Positions 26,773 through 39,728 of a DNA stretch of 64,000 nt are shown here, in pieces; the first letter of the stretch is position 1, and the number at the start of each line of letters is the position of its first letter. Where the stretch lies: positions 13,268,001 to 13,332,000 of the forward strand of contig JAQFVV010000006.1 of the NCBI GenBank assembly GCA_028023455.1, read 5' to 3'. This DNA is from Epiperipatus broadwayi (taxonomy: Eukaryota; Animalia; Onychophora). Both the position numbers and the translations under genes were made by a program. A model generated the notes under the pieces. The model had not been told where the DNA came from, ran no database searches, and worked only from the letters and a program-made list of their open reading frames with translations.

Positions 26773-27480
26773 AGGGAAGTAAATATGGAAAATCATAAAT
26801 TAGAAAAGTGCACACTGGTCTACATAGCTGTGGACAAATATAATGACAAAGCATATAGTTAATGACTGTTAAATCAATTGCTACCATGACAGGATTAATA
26901 GTCTTAAAGAGATTCATGAATCCATCTGATTGGAATTGCTACAAACTCCTTTTGATATTTTGTTACTAGTTAAGCCTACTAAAGAATTTAATGTGCTAAA
27001 TAAATAAAGCATAGTATTGAACCAGAATGGATCACTTTCCATAAAAATAATATAATATGTATTTGTGTTTGAAAAGGAAAGTTTTAAAGGCATTTTGCCA
27101 GTTCTTATTTATAGATATTAGACTAGCACACTTAATGGAAGAGCAATATAGAAACTTCAGGCTACTAAGTAAAGTTCGGAGATAAGAAAATATCAAAAAT
27201 GAAACATAGTTGAAACGACAAACAGATATCTCTGACATCTTAGAAAGAATTAAGAGACTAAAATAGAGCTGGACTAGACATATTGCTAAAAGAAATTATA
27301 ATAGATAGTTGAAATTTTCAATTGTATACCTAGAGATTGAAAAAGACCTAGAAAAAGACCGCATGAGAGATGGATGGATGAAATAAGGAAGTTTGTTGGT
27401 ATAATATGAAAAAGAGAACATAGAGATCTTAAGATTGCAATGAATTGATAATGAATGAAAATGAAGATGGAATATATATA
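26772..27480 (+). mobile_element. RTE LINE 3' region (degenerate)
   Basis: LKRKV...ILPVLIY and ERIKRLK*SWTRHIA...KRPRKRPHERWMDEIRKF match the RTE C-terminus. Confidence 0.8.
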
Positions 27481-27634
27481 AGCAAATACCTTGGTCAGAT
27501 TATTACTGCAAGTGGAAATATAACTGATAAAATTTAATCATAGAATTCAACTTGATTGAGATACTTTTAGTAGAAATAGCTTAATATTAAAAAGAAATAT
27601 GCTTATGTAAGGTTTTTAATAAATGTGTTTTATC

Positions 27635-28040
27635 AGTTCTCATTTATGCATCTGAGACGTGGACATTTAACAGAAAAGCAATACAGAGACTGCAGACAAC
27701 TTAAAGAAATATGGAGAGATGCATGATACAAGTAACAAAAAAAGGTCAAAAATGAAATACATGGGTGAGAGAACAAATAGGTGTTACTGACATCATTAAA
27801 AGAATTAAGAGGCTGAAGTAAATCTGGGTTGCACATATTGCTAGAAGAGATGATAACAGATAGACAGTTGATATCTTAAACTTGATTTCAAGAGATTGTA
27901 AAAGACCTAGAAACATACCACATGTGAGATGGATGGATGAAATAAGGAAGTGTTCTGGTGTGATATGGACAGACCTCTAGAGATCAGAAAAGATGGGTTG
28001 AACTTAGAGAGTCCTTCATTCTGCAGTAGAATGATAATGG
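27635..28040 (+). mobile_element. RTE LINE 3' fragment
   Basis: GGGTTGCACATATTGCTAGAAGAGATGATAACAG...AGACCTAGAAACATACCACATGTGAGATGGATGGATGAAATAAGG, same family as the 27480 end. Confidence 0.8.
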
Positions 28041-28489
28041 TTGAAAATAATCATGATGATATGTGAAAGATAACTAATTAATTCTACAGTACCCAAAATT
28101 AAAAACTATATATGTAGATCATATTCAGTGTCCCTGAATAATGAAAGCAAAAAGTAAAAACCAACCTGTGTATCTATCTCTCAATATTTTGAATAGTTAT
28201 TAAACCAGAAGAAATATAATAAAAAATAAACTACAGTAGTTTTTTGCATTTGCTTACAGTTCCAAGCAATTATTATAAAAAACTAAAATCATAGACAATA
28301 GAGAAACACATTATAAAATGCATTTTAACATGCACACACTATATATGACATTTTAATACATGATTATATCTGCATAATATCTGATTTCTTAAAATTTCAA
28401 TGCTCACACCAATTGTAAATGATTAATTGAGACAAATTTTGAGAAGTTGGCCATTTTCTTTAAACATAATTTTATTTTGGTATCATCAT

Positions 28490-29260
28490 TTTTTAACTAT
28501 CATCCACTCTCTGTTGCATGAAGGTCTCCAAGCTTAATCCAGTTTCTCTGATCCATAGCATTTCTTCTTTACACTACATTAGTAAATATTCTTATTTCAT
28601 CAATTTATCTAACATATGGTCTTTTTCAAGATCTTTTACAATTTCTTGAGATCATCTATTACCACTTATTTAAAAGTATGTCCATCCCAGTTCCATTTTT
28701 CAGCCTCTCATTTATTGCCATATTGTCTATGGTACCTGTTTATTATATTATCCACATATTTCATTTTTGATCTTTTCCTATTACTCCAGACATATATCTT
28801 TCTATACTTCATTAAACAGTCTGAAGTAACAGCATTACTCTTCTATTAAATGCCCAAGTCTCCAATTCATAATTTAGAACTAGCAAAATATACCTACTAA
28901 AAACATTTCTAACACATAAGTTACCAAAATTACCTATCCAAGATTAATTCGGTGATTAATTTCATCCATTATCTTTTCATCAGTATTAATAATTTGACAA
29001 AGATATTTGTCATTCACTTCTACTAATTTATAATTCTTTATTCTCTTCATCTATGAAAATCCAATAACAACTAGCTTAGCCTTTATAGTTAGGTTTACTT
29101 TTTTTATTTCCATCTTAATAATTCTTGCAACATTTCTTAGAACTCTCAGTGAGCCCTTCTTTCATTATTCATCTACGATTAGTTGTCAAAAAAGACTTTC
29201 TTCTTTGATGGGTATTAAATGTTAAAATTTATACTTTTTTTCTTCAACAAACCTTTTATT
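28490..29260 (-). mobile_element. RTE LINE 3' fragment, minus strand
   Basis: Reverse complement contains LKKWNWDG and AAAAGATCTTGAAAAAGACCATATGTTAGAT, homologous to 27635-28040. Confidence 0.65.
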
Positions 29261-29277
29261 CTCCCTACTCTTTTAAC

Positions 29278-30385
29278 ATCTATTGTAAGCTTAGTAATCA
29301 AAAGATGTTGGATTATTGCACTTATTTAACCTTGTCCAATGCTGTCTTATCCAAATATTCCTAAACCAGTTTCTAACTTATGGCGCTCATCAGTGAGAAG
29401 TTTTTGATTTTTTTTTCCAAAAGTACAGTTGGAATTTATATCTAATGCATTTTTCATCAAGATCTATTTACTACTTCTCTGTTTTAATATTTAGCTTCCA
29501 GACCAAATTGACAACATGTTAATAATTTCAATCCAAGTTTATATCGTTGTATAGTTGTATAGATCTGAAACTGATACTATTTGTTATAGTGACCTAGGTT
29601 TTATTTTAACCATAGGCAATTTTGTTCTTTGGCCAGAATTGGTACTAAACCAATAATACATCACAAGAACCACAAATTATCACATGATGATGGTAAAAGA
29701 GTAGTAAGAATAAAAAAATGGCTGACTAATAGTAATATATGAAAGCTAAGATCATGTGATGATTTTCTGATCATGTGATGTATTACTGAATTTGTAGCAA
29801 TTCAGGCCAAGGAATAAAGGTGTCTAAGATAATAAAAAAATCTAAGGTTACCATAATATATAGAAATTGAACCAGTTTCAGATCTATAAAATGACGCAAG
29901 CTTGAATTGAAAAAAATTTTAAAAATTTTAATTTGAGCTGGTAGCTTGATAGTATAACAAACAGTGAAAAATGGCTGATGGGAGAAAGATGTATTAATCC
30001 AAAATATCCAAGTGCACTGAACAAGAGTTCTAAAACTTCTCCCTGATGAAAGCTATATGCTAGAAACTAGCCAGGGGGGAGCAGGGTAATTGGTAGGACA
30101 GCACCAGATAAGAATTTATTAGGGGGGAGTAATATTTGGTAGGACAGCACTGATAAGGATTTATTATATTGGAGGGGAAATATTTGATAGAACAGCTCTG
30201 GGGGGAATATTTGATAGAACAGCACTGGATAAAAATTAATTACGGGAGGGGGGCACTGGATGCACTGCTATCTGGCATCTGTTGATTACTAAAGCTTACA
30301 CTGGATGACATTAAAGTAGTGAGAATAGAAGAATGTGCTAGTAAATAGCAATGTACAAACTAAAGTCACGTGATGTTAGCGATGT
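29278..30385. mobile_element. Old family A-related inverted pair (locus A-4); HHR-like motifs at 29357-29398 (minus) and 30038-30078 (plus)
   Basis: Minus: CTCACTGATGAGCGCCATAAGTTAGAAACTGGTT. Plus: CTGATGAAAGCTATATGCTAGAAACTAG. Both arms share AGATCTGAAACTG/CAGTTTCAGATCT, and the junction lies at ATCACATGATG...GATCATGTGATG. Confidence 0.65.
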
Positions 30386-30520
30386 TTAAAGTCATATGAT
30401 GTTGTTCGGTCATGTGACTTCTTTCTTTTTAGTGGCGCGGCCCGATTTATACTGAACACGCAAACTCATAAAACTTGTTTGAAATAAGTTGCCTAACTCT
30501 GCCTTAAACATAAGGTAAGA
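30365..30520 (+). promoter_or_regulatory. E-box cluster and CpG-rich segment followed by a splice-donor-like site; possible promoter and first non-coding exon
   Basis: GTCACGTGA 30365, GTCATATGA 30391, GTCATGTGAC 30409, GGCGCGGCCCG ~30434, AAG|GTAAGA ~30513, strong acceptor TTCTTTTTTTTCCAG ending at 30700. Confidence 0.35.
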
Positions 30521-31629
30521 TTTCTATAACAGAAAAAATTGACAAGAATTATCAAATTGTAAAATTTAACAGCTAATTTAATTTAAATTCGCTTCATAAA
30601 CTTCATATTTACCAGTAAAAAAGTTTGCAGCAATCTTTCATTTTAAAAAAATAAACAAAATTAAGAGCCATCGGCACTTTTATTATTCTTTTTTTTCCAG
30701 CAATAAAATCAATACTTATGGATTATTGGCTAAAAAGAAAACTAACAAAATATAATGTCGATTCTTCGCATGGGTGCTTAATATATTTCAGACAAAAACG
30801 CTCTTTTTACAAAACAAATTTCGGTAGAAAGATGAAATATAACGACAAAGACTTATAAAGAGAAGAATATACAAATATATATGTACATAATCCATACAAT
30901 ATATGAACTTGTATATATTTTAATAAAAATGGTTTTGTAGTGGTACCATACCCATTCACTATTCCTATGACTCGAGTTCGAATTCGGGCCAAATAAAATT
31001 GAAATTTTTTTGCAATTGGGCCTAAACTTTTTTTAAAATAATCGTCCCATAGCTTAAGGTTATCCAATCTTAATTATTACAAGGGTCATATTAAAAAATA
31101 TATATTTATCAGAGAACCGTATCTAAAAAAATTCAGTACATATATTAAATTATTGGAGAAGCCCACTATTGGTTAAGTTTAGCACATATTTGAAAAATAC
31201 TATTAAAAAAAGAAACATTGTATTATAAAAGTTGTTAGTGAAACAGTAGGCAAGTTACAATAATTCTTAATGAGAACATGAAAATAAATTACAATGCCTA
31301 TTTTAGCAACAGCACTTCAACATCAATAACTAAGCAGATAAATGATAATTCAACTGAACTAATTGCAAACTAATTGTGCACGCGTGTTCCATAAATGCTC
31401 AGCGCATGTGCATTGGATTAAAACAGCGCAATACCACTTCTTTGATACCTTATACAGTATTTAAAAAATAAGTAGAAATACAGTGACGAAAAAAACATCA
31501 GATAATAATATCAATATCATGATTTTCTAATGGTCGTAGAATTAAAATATGTAATAAGCATTCAATTCAAATTATTTTATTTTTTCAGTACTAAAAATCA
31601 AAACCTCTAGATGGACCACACAACCCCTC

Positions 31630-31985
31630 AGTGCAAATTGCATGAACTCTATACCATAGCTAATTCACAAATCATCTAACACTGGTTAGTAAATGAATAT
31701 CTATCTTTAGTTAGATAATCTTTAACCCTCACCTCAGATTGCATAAGCTCACAGATTGTGTTTTGGACAGCTTTGCCATAGCTAATTTATTTAAATCATC
31801 TAAATATTGGTCAGTAAATGGATATATAACTACTTTTACTTGAACAATCTTTAAACCTCACTTCAGATTGCATGAACTCATAGAATGTGTTTTGGACAAC
31901 TCTGCCATAACTAATTCACTTAAATCATCTAATATTGGTCAGTAAATGGATGTCTATTTTTAGTTAAATAATATTTAAAAACCAT
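31630..31985. repeat. Minisatellite, ~125-130 bp x3
   Basis: TTGCAT(G/A)A(A/G)CTC...CCATA(G/A)CTAATT...AAATCATCTAA...TGGT(T/C)AGTAAATG repeated three times. Confidence 0.85.
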
Positions 31986-32298
31986 TCAATCCACACTACC
32001 TGATCTTAAATAGCACTACCTTCATCTTCACTATCACTCTATGGAGGAGTTGTTAAAGAAAACTTTGTTCTGAAATGGATTAATTATAAATCTGTTTCAT
32101 CTTTTATTTACCTACATATTTTAAAACCACAAATAGTTGTTGCTTACCATTAATCTAGATCAGGGACAGCAAACTTATGGCATTTCAGAAATGGCATACA
32201 AAAATTTTACATGCACATAAATGATTTTGTGATATGATTTTATATGCTTATAATTATTTTATTAATTGTTAAAATATTAAATACTGCCTATTGCTTAA

Positions 32299-33091
32299 AC
32301 TATATAAATAAAAATGTTAATTTTCGTTTGTTCAAAATCTTAAATCTCTGAAAGTTCTTCACCGATTGCTTTGAAATTTTGACACAATGTTGCATTTGAA
32401 TACGCGTGTGCTTTTATATACCTACTATTTATATACATACTATTATATACCTATGACAGGTAAAAACATGCTTTTTTAAAAAACAGTGCTATCTGTTAGA
32501 TGTAAAAGCAACATACACTACACTAAATATTTTATGCAGCGCTATCTGTTGGACATAAAAGCAACACATGCTATGCTAAATATTTTACGATTCCATTTCA
32601 GTGTTTCCACTTGAATTGTTAAATTGAATTTTCATAGATTTCAATTTATTTTCATTTTGATTTAATTATTTCGTGTGAGAGATTGCAATTTCCAATTCGA
32701 TTGGTGTTTGCAATCACCATCATCAAAGCTCAGGGTCAATGTTTAGAATTGTGCGGTTTAGATCTAGACATGGATTACTTCTCACATGGACAATTATATG
32801 TTGCATGTTCTAGAGTTGCAAACCAGACAATCTCTACATCTGCACAGACAATGGAATAACAAAAAATATTGTTTTTTTATATGTCATAGCATTGATCGGG
32901 ATGTTAACCCACACCCGTCTGCAACCAACTACTTGCTTGCAAGGCAGCTGCGATGACCTCTCAGCTAACAACATTTGACAACAAAAAATATTGTTTACCC
33001 ACAAGCATTGTAAAATTAAACATATTAGAAACATTCGCTTTCTCTTTTCTTTATTTTCCATTTAACCAGACTGTGGCCGACGTATGACTAG
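32299..33091 (+). mobile_element. Non-autonomous Helitron carrying a helicase C-terminal fragment
   Basis: 5' end CTATATAAATAAAAATG and 3' end GACTAG|T; 32680-32820 encodes [46 protein letters not shown] (PIF1-like motifs V-VI). Confidence 0.9.
32872..32975 (-). mobile_element. tRNA-Gly-derived SINE inserted in the Helitron
   Basis: Matches 11002-11091 and 58045-58150; inserts at the helicase KNIV codons. Confidence 0.8.
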
Positions 33092-36000
33092 TGATAAATA
33101 AAATAGAAAATCATATAACATTACGATACTAGCCAAAAAAAAATTCGTTAAATTCTTTCACAATCATGATTTTGTGCATTAACAAATATACCTTTTTATG
33201 TGAAATTTAAAAAATCATATAACATATATATATATACAAAACAAAATAGTCTTCCCATAATTCACTTCAAAAACCAACTTCCTTTAAAATCAAAGGAACA
33301 TTTTCATGAGATTGAAGGCTTAAGATTTAACAAAATTTATCATCAGCATTTCTTTTACTTTTAGGACAAAATGAATTAAAAAGAAGACTAAAAGAAACTC
33401 TGACTTGTATCTGATATCATTAATTTTATGAAGACATCCTTTGATGCTAAAGGAAGTTAGTTTTTGAAGTGAACTATGGGAAGACCATTTTGTTTTGTAT
33501 ATATATGCCATTTGTATCTTGCTGAATTTCACTTGAAAAAAACTATTTGTTAATAGAAGAAACCATTGTCATAGAAGAATTTTAGAAACATTTTGTGGGG
33601 TTTTTTTTTGCTAGTATTGTAATGTTATATGATTTTCTATTTTATTTTGTTAAAATATATATTGCTAAAATTTTGTTTTGCACAGAAGAAACTAACCAAT
33701 AAATGGTATTTTTCTTCTTGTTGTTCAACACTTTGTAGATAATTCATACTTAGAATTCCCAAACTATATCTCTAATCATGCATGTGTTTATCATGAATCT
33801 CTTACCGCAAAGTGGCCTATAAGCATGAAAAAGCAGCAGCAAATGTGGTGCATATGTGCACTGTGTTTTTTTTTTTTTTGCTTGAGTTTTTGCAATAAGC
33901 ATGAATAATAAAGATAATTTAATTTGGGTATATAATAAAATTGCAGTCAATTTTATTTTTGACTAAATTTATTACAGATCTGATTAACATAATTAGTGAG
34001 GAAAAAAGTCAAAATCAAGCAAAAGTGAGTTTCAGAGGTGGTAGACCAAAAAATATAGTATGATTAACAAAAACAATAAAGGAATGTGGATTTTATATTC
34101 AGGAACAATTGTATGAAAAGTATCGTCATCAATATGGTATTCTGAAACAAATCATAAACTGCTCCTTAAAAAAAAAGGCAAGGCTGAACAAAAGGAGTTT
34201 ATTGCTGGCTAATTAAAAATAGAAATATTCAATAAACATCCCTAATAAAATTTAATAGTATTCTTTCAAATATAACTGCTAGTAATCTTTTCACCTCAAA
34301 TGTAATTGCTATATGGAAAACATTTTAATGATGGGAATATGTGAAAGAAACATAGTTCAAATGTGCCCATTTTTTTGAAGATTTTGGAACCAATAAAAAA
34401 AATATTCAAAGAATAAAGATATATCTTTGGCAAGATTAGAGTATTGATAAAGTAGATTACCTAATTTAGAAATCTTTTTTTCCATTATGGTATTAGAAAT
34501 TAATCACAGAAGAAATGATCAGTTCAACATCATTAACACCAACAACAAAAGGAATATATATTCACAACACAATCATAAGAGAGAATAGGTATTTCCAAAA
34601 CTGCATTGGTAACTACTGATGGTGTCCACATCATAACTGAAGAGAAAAATGATTTTTCATTTATTTTCTAAACTTATTGGACATTCAGTTATGGGTTTTT
34701 ATTGTGCCATATATCAGCAGGTTTTATGTATGAAGTCTACTTACAAGTCACTGGAAAATATTATGAGCCTTGTAACAAAATTGGTCCATTTTATATTTAT
34801 GAATAGTTTAAGCAAATAAAAATTTCTGAAATTATTAAATAAAATAAACAATAGTTTACTTTTGTACAACAATGTCCAATGGTTATCTCGTGATAGAGTT
34901 TTTCAAAGATTGGAAGCTTTTTTTAACGTAATGATAAAATTGTTGAAAAATATAATTAATTAATGGAAGTCAAATTGGTTTTCCAATTAATGTTTTTTAT
35001 CAATTTGTGTTTATGTTTAAATAAATTAAATATTAAACTGCAACATATTAACAATAGTCATTGTCTTGTTTGATTTAATCAAAGAGTGTGAAGTTAAATT
35101 AGAAATTTTCACATTACTTGTAATGTCATCAAATATTTTCCAAGGACAAATTTGTTTTTTTTTTTTGCTTATCTAGAAGTTTACGAAAAACCAAAACAAG
35201 TCGAACTGACATAAGAGTTTTCTGTCATTATTCAATGATAATCAACAATTTCTTTCAAGATTTTCACAGTTCAGATAATTTTACAGAAATATCAAAATTT
35301 ATTTTTTATTCCAATAAGCATCGGCTGACAAACTAAATTTAAAAATTTTTGAGTAGTCGGATTTGGAAGATTCAGAAATGCAATCAATCAACTATTAATC
35401 CATATCGATATTGAATCAAAAATTTGTCAGTTAGAGAAATGAGTGGTAAATATTTATAAACCATTGATTATTGGATGTAATTCACAAAAAGACAGGAGAA
35501 AAAATAATAAAAAACTTGAAATATCATTGCTGAAACTGTTATTTTGAAAAACTACTATCAATGACTATATTATCAATTTTTTCTTCTACATAAGTTTGTG
35601 GCATTATTTTCTGAAATTAATAACTTGGAAGTAAAAAGGTATAAAATAAATAATATCCTTAGATATGTCTTATGAAATGATGTATATAAAAAGTCTAATG
35701 TTCAACAGATTTTCAAAAAATAAAGGAAAATGGTGATAGATCAATTAGAAATAATATGTGATAAAATAAAAGCAGTTCTCTACACTAGTGCCATCTATGA
35801 TAAGATTGAAAAATTAATGATTGTTAGCTAGTAGTAAAGTTTGAATCCCCAGACTGTTTTCTACCTTTTGCCTTTACCCATGATGCTTGGTATTTAAAGC
35901 TGAATAGTAAACTGGAATTAAAGGTGAATGGTAGATGCTTAAATGCATTAATTCCCGACTTAAATTCTAAGTCTCGTTGATAAAGGAAAAAGCTGGAAAA

Positions 36001-36523
36001 TCATCTAGTGATGGAAATTTAAATGCAGTAACATCTGATAATCATTAATCACCCAAAAATATTCAAGTTGAAGTATCAGGATATGATAACCAAGAGTAGG
36101 ATGCTAATGCATTAAAAGTATACAATGTCTACTAAAATGTAGATTGTTACGTACTCTTTTTGGTGCAGTTTAGCACAGTAGTAGAGTGTCAAATTCTGAA
36201 ATACGTGATCCTCGGATTTCTTTCAGTTCTGGCACTCCCATCCCCAAACTTCTTATGGACTTTTGCACATGGAAGATATTATTTTTTTAATTTTAATTAT
36301 GTACTCTGTAAAATGGTTTCATATTAAATATACTAATGACAGAAATTCACTCTATTCTATATTTATCAAGTGGAAACATTCTCATATTTTTTCCTATTGG
36401 ATCAACAATAAACAATAGTATAAAATATAATATTAGGAGTGCTATAAAAAATTTGACTATATATATATGTAACAAAGAAATGAGTGAGGATATTTCCATG
36501 TAGGTAAACAAATAGGCCAGCAT

Positions 36524-36715
36524 TGGTGTTGCTAGGCAACTAGACAGCCATTAGCTAAACTATTTGCTCTAGTAGCCCACAGTAGCTTTTTGTCTCGTGT
36601 TACCCAAAACAAAAATCTATTGCAACCCAAGATAAAAAAGCTATCATAGGCTACAAGAGCAAATATTATAGCTTAAATACTATCAATAATAATTGACAGT
36701 TGCCTAGCAACATCA
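36524..36715. repeat. Fold-back element with RFX X-box-like sites at both ends
   Basis: TGGTGTTGCTAGGCAAC...GTTGCCTAGCAACATCA; the arms pair over ~80 bp; the right half recurs at 36975-37190. Confidence 0.65.
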
Positions 36716-36799
36716 CTATCTAACATTTGTCTAGTTATTACAATGAATTATCCTTGATCATTCATTCTTTTATTTACATCATAATTAATATGTGAAAGT

Positions 36800-36975
36800 T
36801 TAACATATATCATCATCATCATTTTTAATCATTATCAACCACCGCAGGATGAAGGTCTCTCCAAATTCAATCCATCTTCTCTGAACTCTAGCCACTCTTC
36901 CCCATACCATTCCAGCACATTTCCTTATTTCATTCATCCATCTCACATGTGGTCTCTTTCTAGGTCTTTTACAAT
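36800..36975 (-). mobile_element. RTE LINE 3' terminus
   Basis: Translation IPRDCKRPRKRPHVRWMNEIRKCAGMVWGRVARVQRRWIEFGETFILRW, then a (GAT)n tail. Confidence 0.85.
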
Positions 36976-38214
36976 CTCTTGGAATACAAGACAAAAAACC
37001 TATTGCAACCCAAGATAGAAAAAAATCTAGCTTAAGCTTCAAGAACAAATAATTCAGCTTAAAGGCTATCAATAATTGATAGTTACTTAGCAACATCATT
37101 ACTAATACATTTCTCCAGTCATTAAAAAATTATCCTTTATCACTCATTCTTTTATTTACATCATAATTATTATATAAAAGTATAATATATATATATTATA
37201 ATCGGATCACATTCCAACCTATATAATTGGTTGTAACTATTTCTTGATGAGCATATTGCAAGATGGAAACAAAGATTGGCATTTACCCAATGTTTATCTG
37301 TGCTTCTCTGCCTTTAGATACATCAGCATATATATAATTACTTTTTCAGCAAGCTGGGTTTCCCGGGCAAGCTAGATTTTTCTTGGTAAGTTTGGTTTTA
37401 ATGATTGTCATCATCAGGAAAAATATAATCCAAGTAAAGTGTTGGTCTGTAGTTGGTCTCTTTCTGTCTAGGATTATTCCAGGCAAGCAGCTGTCTTAAT
37501 TTGATAGATTTCAGGAAAGCAACTGTCCTCTCAACATTTAAGGCTATGACTTTCAGCACAAAAAAGTGGGTCATTTTTCTCCATGTGAATTCAAACTCCT
37601 TCAAAGAAATATAGAAGCAGTTCCTGAATTTACTGTCCTGCCTTCAGTTACATCAGTTCATGGTAGCTCTTCTGCCAAATTCTGGTCAGCTAAATCCAAC
37701 TGATGCATACTTCAACAAGCTGCAACAAAATATTGTAACCAACTTTGCAGCTGACTCGTTCTTACAAAAACTACTATCCAGATTGCAGCTGATATTTTCA
37801 TCAGTCTTTTTGTAAATCCTCTGAGATGATAATAACACCTTGATTGAGAACAGTTTTATTTTTATCTCTCTAATCCCTTGGAATCTACATACATGTTTTT
37901 ACTTAGATAATAGAAATTTACAAATTAATTAAAGATTTCAAAAATAGACATTTTTTAAAATAATCAGAAAACATGCTTACTTTTAAATTTCAAAATCAGA
38001 ATTACAAATAATATTTATCAGACCTTTTTAAAATATTAATTTCATAATGAAATTTTATTTTAAATCCAAAGTTATTTAACCCTTTATTTATTATTTTTAT
38101 TTCAGTGAATGTAGAAAATATCTACTACAATTTTTGTCTGTTTATTTTTACTTTTCCTTTATTATATATATATATATATGTACATGCACTATATTATCCA
38201 GTGCTATGTAACCC

Positions 38215-38445
38215 AACTGTTACCATATATTAACATCACCATTATTGAGCCACTGAAGGTCTCTCCAAGTTCAATCCAATTTCTCCAATCTCTCTGCTCC
38301 ACATCACTCCAGAACACTTCCTTATTTCATCTATCCATTTCACATGTGGTCTCTTTCTAGGTCTTTTACAATTCTTGGAATTCTGTTTATGATTTCAACT
38401 GTCCATCTATTATCATTTCTTCTAGCAATATGTCCAGCCCAACTA
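38215..38445 (-). mobile_element. RTE LINE 3' fragment
   Basis: SWAGHIARRNDNRWTVEIINRIPR in ORF 38340-38528. Confidence 0.85.
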
Positions 38446-38859
38446 ATAGCTGCCAATAGTAATTGATACATAGCTAGTAACATCATTGCTAAGATATTTC
38501 TGTATTTATTATTTGGAAATGACCTCATTCATTTCATTGTTTATGTGTATATTTTAGAACTCATAATCATATTTTCTTCAATGTTTATATCTTAGATTTG
38601 AAATCTAAGAGTTTATGATAGTTGTAATTATCAAAATAAAGTAAATACATTATTGATAAATATTATATTAGCAAAGTCTTACTTATTTAAATTAAGAATG
38701 CCAAAAAGTTGTGTAATTAAAATTACAAAGTAAACGAGAAATTGGATTGGTCATTTACTAAGAAGCAGAAGAATTGTAAAAGATTTCTTGGAAGTAAAAA
38801 AAATGAGCAGGGCCAATTGCTCAAACAAACTTTATTAATAAATACTACAAAAGAAAGAA

Positions 38860-39290
38860 AGCCTTTAAAAATATGTAGAATTATCCCCAATCCTCAGACT
38901 GGTTTCATGCTTTGGCAATCCTCAGTGAGGTGCTAGGTTAATTTCAGATACTAGATCTAATCAACTCAAAGTCAGCATTTATCTAAAAGTTAACTATTAA
39001 GTAGAAAATCTGAAATTTTCAGATACTTATATGTCTTCAAACCCAGCTATTTATCTTAAATAGCTATATGGGGCTGAAAAATCTTCAGCCAAACTATATG
39101 TTAATAGTCTTAGCAATATAACATCACTTAAGACCTAAAAACAAAACTATAAATAGTAAACAAAATGGTCATATATCACATGATCCAATTTTATAATAAA
39201 ATTGGGTCATGTAATATATGACTATTTTATTTACTTTTAAAAATTGGGTCATGTGATATATGACCTTATTTTATTTACTATTTCTTGGAA
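38860..39290 (-). mobile_element. Old family A-related element ending in a fold-back junction (39168-39223)
   Basis: HHR at 38892-38930; GTCATATATCACATGATCCAATTTTAT|AATAAAATTGGGTCATGTAATATATGAC hairpin with a duplicated right arm. Confidence 0.55.
38892..38930 (-). ncRNA. Type I minimal hammerhead ribozyme (old family A lineage)
   Basis: CCTCA CTGAGGA TTGC CAAA GCAT GAAA CCAG TC TGAGG: perfect 5-bp stem I, intact core, GUC triplet. Confidence 0.75.
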
Positions 39291-39728
39291 ATGTTTGTAG
39301 AAAGTAAAATAAAGAGAGATAAAAGTCGAAAAATAATGGCATGATTTTTTTTTAAAAAAAAGAGGTTTTATATAACTAAAGATTATAATAATGGCCAAGA
39401 AGATTTGAGGGATCGGTGTGCTGCTAATTGCCGATGACAATAAAATAAATAAGTACTCAAATGGGTTATTGGTTTGGAATTTGTAAAAAGTTCAAGCATA
39501 AGGAATGACCGAATTGACCATGACTCTTGGATCTGGAGCTTCCAAGTTTAATCTTCTACCACTACACCAAATTACACAAGACACTGATGATGATGATATA
39601 CATAAAGAAGTATATACATACAGACATAAAAAATATAGATATATATGTCAATTTATTTTTCTGAATCTATAGGTATTCATGAAGTCTAATCCTCTCCCAC
39701 CGAACCAAATTAAGGCACTGATAATAAT

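Larger units (their letters stand above)
32161..35852 (+). mobile_element. Degenerate hAT transposon (Charlie-like; EPM2AIP1/GTF2IRD2-type transposase); right end uncertain
   Basis: Left end ATCTAGAT|CAGGGACAGCAAAC; remnants TTDG (~34614), YCAIYQQ (HCIIHQ-like, ~34700) and VQWLSRD (VRWLSRG-like, ~34875); interrupted by a Helitron. Confidence 0.55.

Noticed and set aside
31630-31985. Regularly spaced repeats considered as a CRISPR-like array (also 40560-41400 and 51700-52740)
   Set aside because: There are no unique spacers between conserved repeats, no cas genes, and the context is eukaryotic; these are ordinary tandem repeats.
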